Below, piece after piece: positions 62,987-64,000 of a stretch of DNA of 64,000 nucleotides. The position numbers and the translations under genes are program-made. The stretch lies in the NCBI GenBank assembly GCA_963815195.1, contig CAWFGE010000010.1, positions 288,001 through 352,000 of the forward strand. Reading direction: 5' to 3'. Source of the DNA: an uncultured Planctomycetaceae bacterium (GTDB lineage Bacteria > Planctomycetota > Planctomycetia > Planctomycetales > Planctomycetaceae). Each line of letters opens with the position of its first letter. The first letter of the stretch is position 1. The notes beneath the pieces are model-generated. The model was not told where the DNA came from, did not search any database, and worked only from the letters and a program-made list of their open reading frames with translations.

Positions 62987-63850
62987 CTAGGGCACATTGG
63001 CCGACTTCGTTTCCGGCGGGCGTTTCCGCTGGCCGGCGGCGGCTTTTTTGCGGAGGATCAGGTTTCGCTTGTAGTCCGCGAAGACGTGCTCGGCCAACAG
63101 CGAAGACTCCGCGACGAGTTCGTCGATGCGGTTGCGGAACATCGCAAACGCCCCGAGCGCCGGGACCGCGACCATCAGGCCCAACAGCGTGGTCACGAGG
63201 GCCGTCGAGATTTTCGGAGCGAGTTCGGAGACCTGCGGATTGGAGGAAAGTTGGAAGGTGTGGAAGGCTTGAATCATCCCCCACACCGTGCCCATCAGCC
63301 CCAGCATCGGAGCCAGCGTGCCGATGACGTTCAGAAACTCGATCTTGCGAAACAGCCGGGCGGACTGCTCGGTGGCGGCGTCTTCCATCGACTTTTCCAC
63401 GGCGGAGTAATCCAGTTCCGCCTCGCTGATCCCGCACGCGAGCACGTGCCCCAAAAAGCTCGGGTTCGCCTGGCAGACTTCCTCGGCTTCGCGGAACTGC
63501 CCCTGGAGGATCAGCCGGTGCACTTCCTCGGCGAGTCCGCCGGGCATGAGGGCCGCCCGGCGGATGCTCAAGAGATGCTCGACGATGAGCGCCACCATCG
63601 CCACGCTGAGGGCGATAATAATCATTCCCACCACGCCCCCGGCCCGAAACAGCGAGCGGATGTCCAAATCCTGTTTTTCGTCGCCGGCGGTCTCCTCGCT
63701 CGGTTCACTGTCGCTCGCGGCGGGTGTGCTCTCCGGGGGAGTCGGCCCATCGGACGCTTGTGCCCACGCATTTCGATGGAGGGCGAGGAGCAGCATTAAG
63801 GTGCTCAGGCAGACGAACACCCAGTAAGCCGAACGGAAAAAAAAGCGCAT
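62987..63850 (-). CDS. exbB: MotA/TolQ/ExbB proton channel
   Basis: APMLGLMGTVWGMI, ALVTT..GL.VAVP. Confidence 0.92.
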   Translation of the reverse strand: MRFFFRSAYWVFVCLSTLMLLLALHRNAWAQASDGPTPPESTPAASDSEPSEETAGDEKQDLDIRSLFRAGGVVGMIIIALSVAMVALIVEHLLSIRRAALMPGGLAEEVHRLILQGQFREAEEVCQANPSFLGHVLACGISEAELDYSAVEKSMEDAATEQSARLFRKIEFLNVIGTLAPMLGLMGTVWGMIQAFHTFQLSSNPQVSELAPKISTALVTTLLGLMVAVPALGAFAMFRNRIDELVAESSLLAEHVFADYKRNLILRKKAAAGQRKRPPETKSANVP

Positions 63851-63857
63851 AGAGTGC

Positions 63858-64000
63858 CTATGGTGTCTGGGAAGACTCGATCGATATGGACGAGGAAGGC
63901 GTGGATCTTAATGATTCGAGCATCTGCCGGGCATCCAGAGCGTAGGAGCTTCGCCCGTAGCGCTCGGCCACTTCGCGGTAGAGCATGACCGCTTCGGTTT
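63858..64000 (-). CDS. 3' end of a TPR-like protein (partial)
   Basis: Manual translation TEAVMLYREVAERYGRSSYALDARQML...*. Confidence 0.55.
   Translation of the reverse strand, partial: TEAVMLYREVAERYGRSSYALDARQMLESLRSTPSSSISIESSQTP

Noticed and set aside
1..64000. rRNA, tRNA, intact transposase or integrase, or defence system
   Set aside because: None recognised by eye.

Overview
GC-rich bacterial DNA, very probably from a planctomycete. The evidence is an LEDRxLL export motif, a TIGR02999 ECF sigma/Ser-Thr kinase pair, DUF1579 and planctomycete-type REP and attC-like repeats. Left to right: (1) the tail of an operon with two coiled-coil proteins (one with 25 KPGxx repeats), an NPCBM protein and three HtrA-like trypsin-PDZ proteins, of which only the first keeps its catalytic triad; (2) an ECF sigma -> TPR kinase -> delta-60-repeat surface protein -> decayed secreted-protein unit, in which an ~80-nt structured element is repeated in front of each downstream gene; (3) an ABC exporter plus a ~13-kb FAAL-initiated type I PKS whose two AT domains are both degenerate, with no TE and an apparently orphan C-terminal docking tail; (4) housekeeping and stress genes (vWA, USP, oligopeptidase A, queG, hyi-like, ahpC/ahpD-like, SLC13/NhaD permease, M20 hydrolase, exbB/exbD/exbD); (5) an FHA-GAF-PAS histidine kinase/NarL pair next to a Cache-like Hanks kinase; (6) a crcB-DUF190-enolase-fragment fluoride module broken by an IS remnant; (7) a 1.1-kb non-coding stretch with an attC-like half-site and a candidate sRNA. 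At two loci a gene's 3' end is duplicated across a REP palindrome. About ten single-base frameshifts suggest long-read indel errors. All calls come from reading motifs by eye; no database searches were run.
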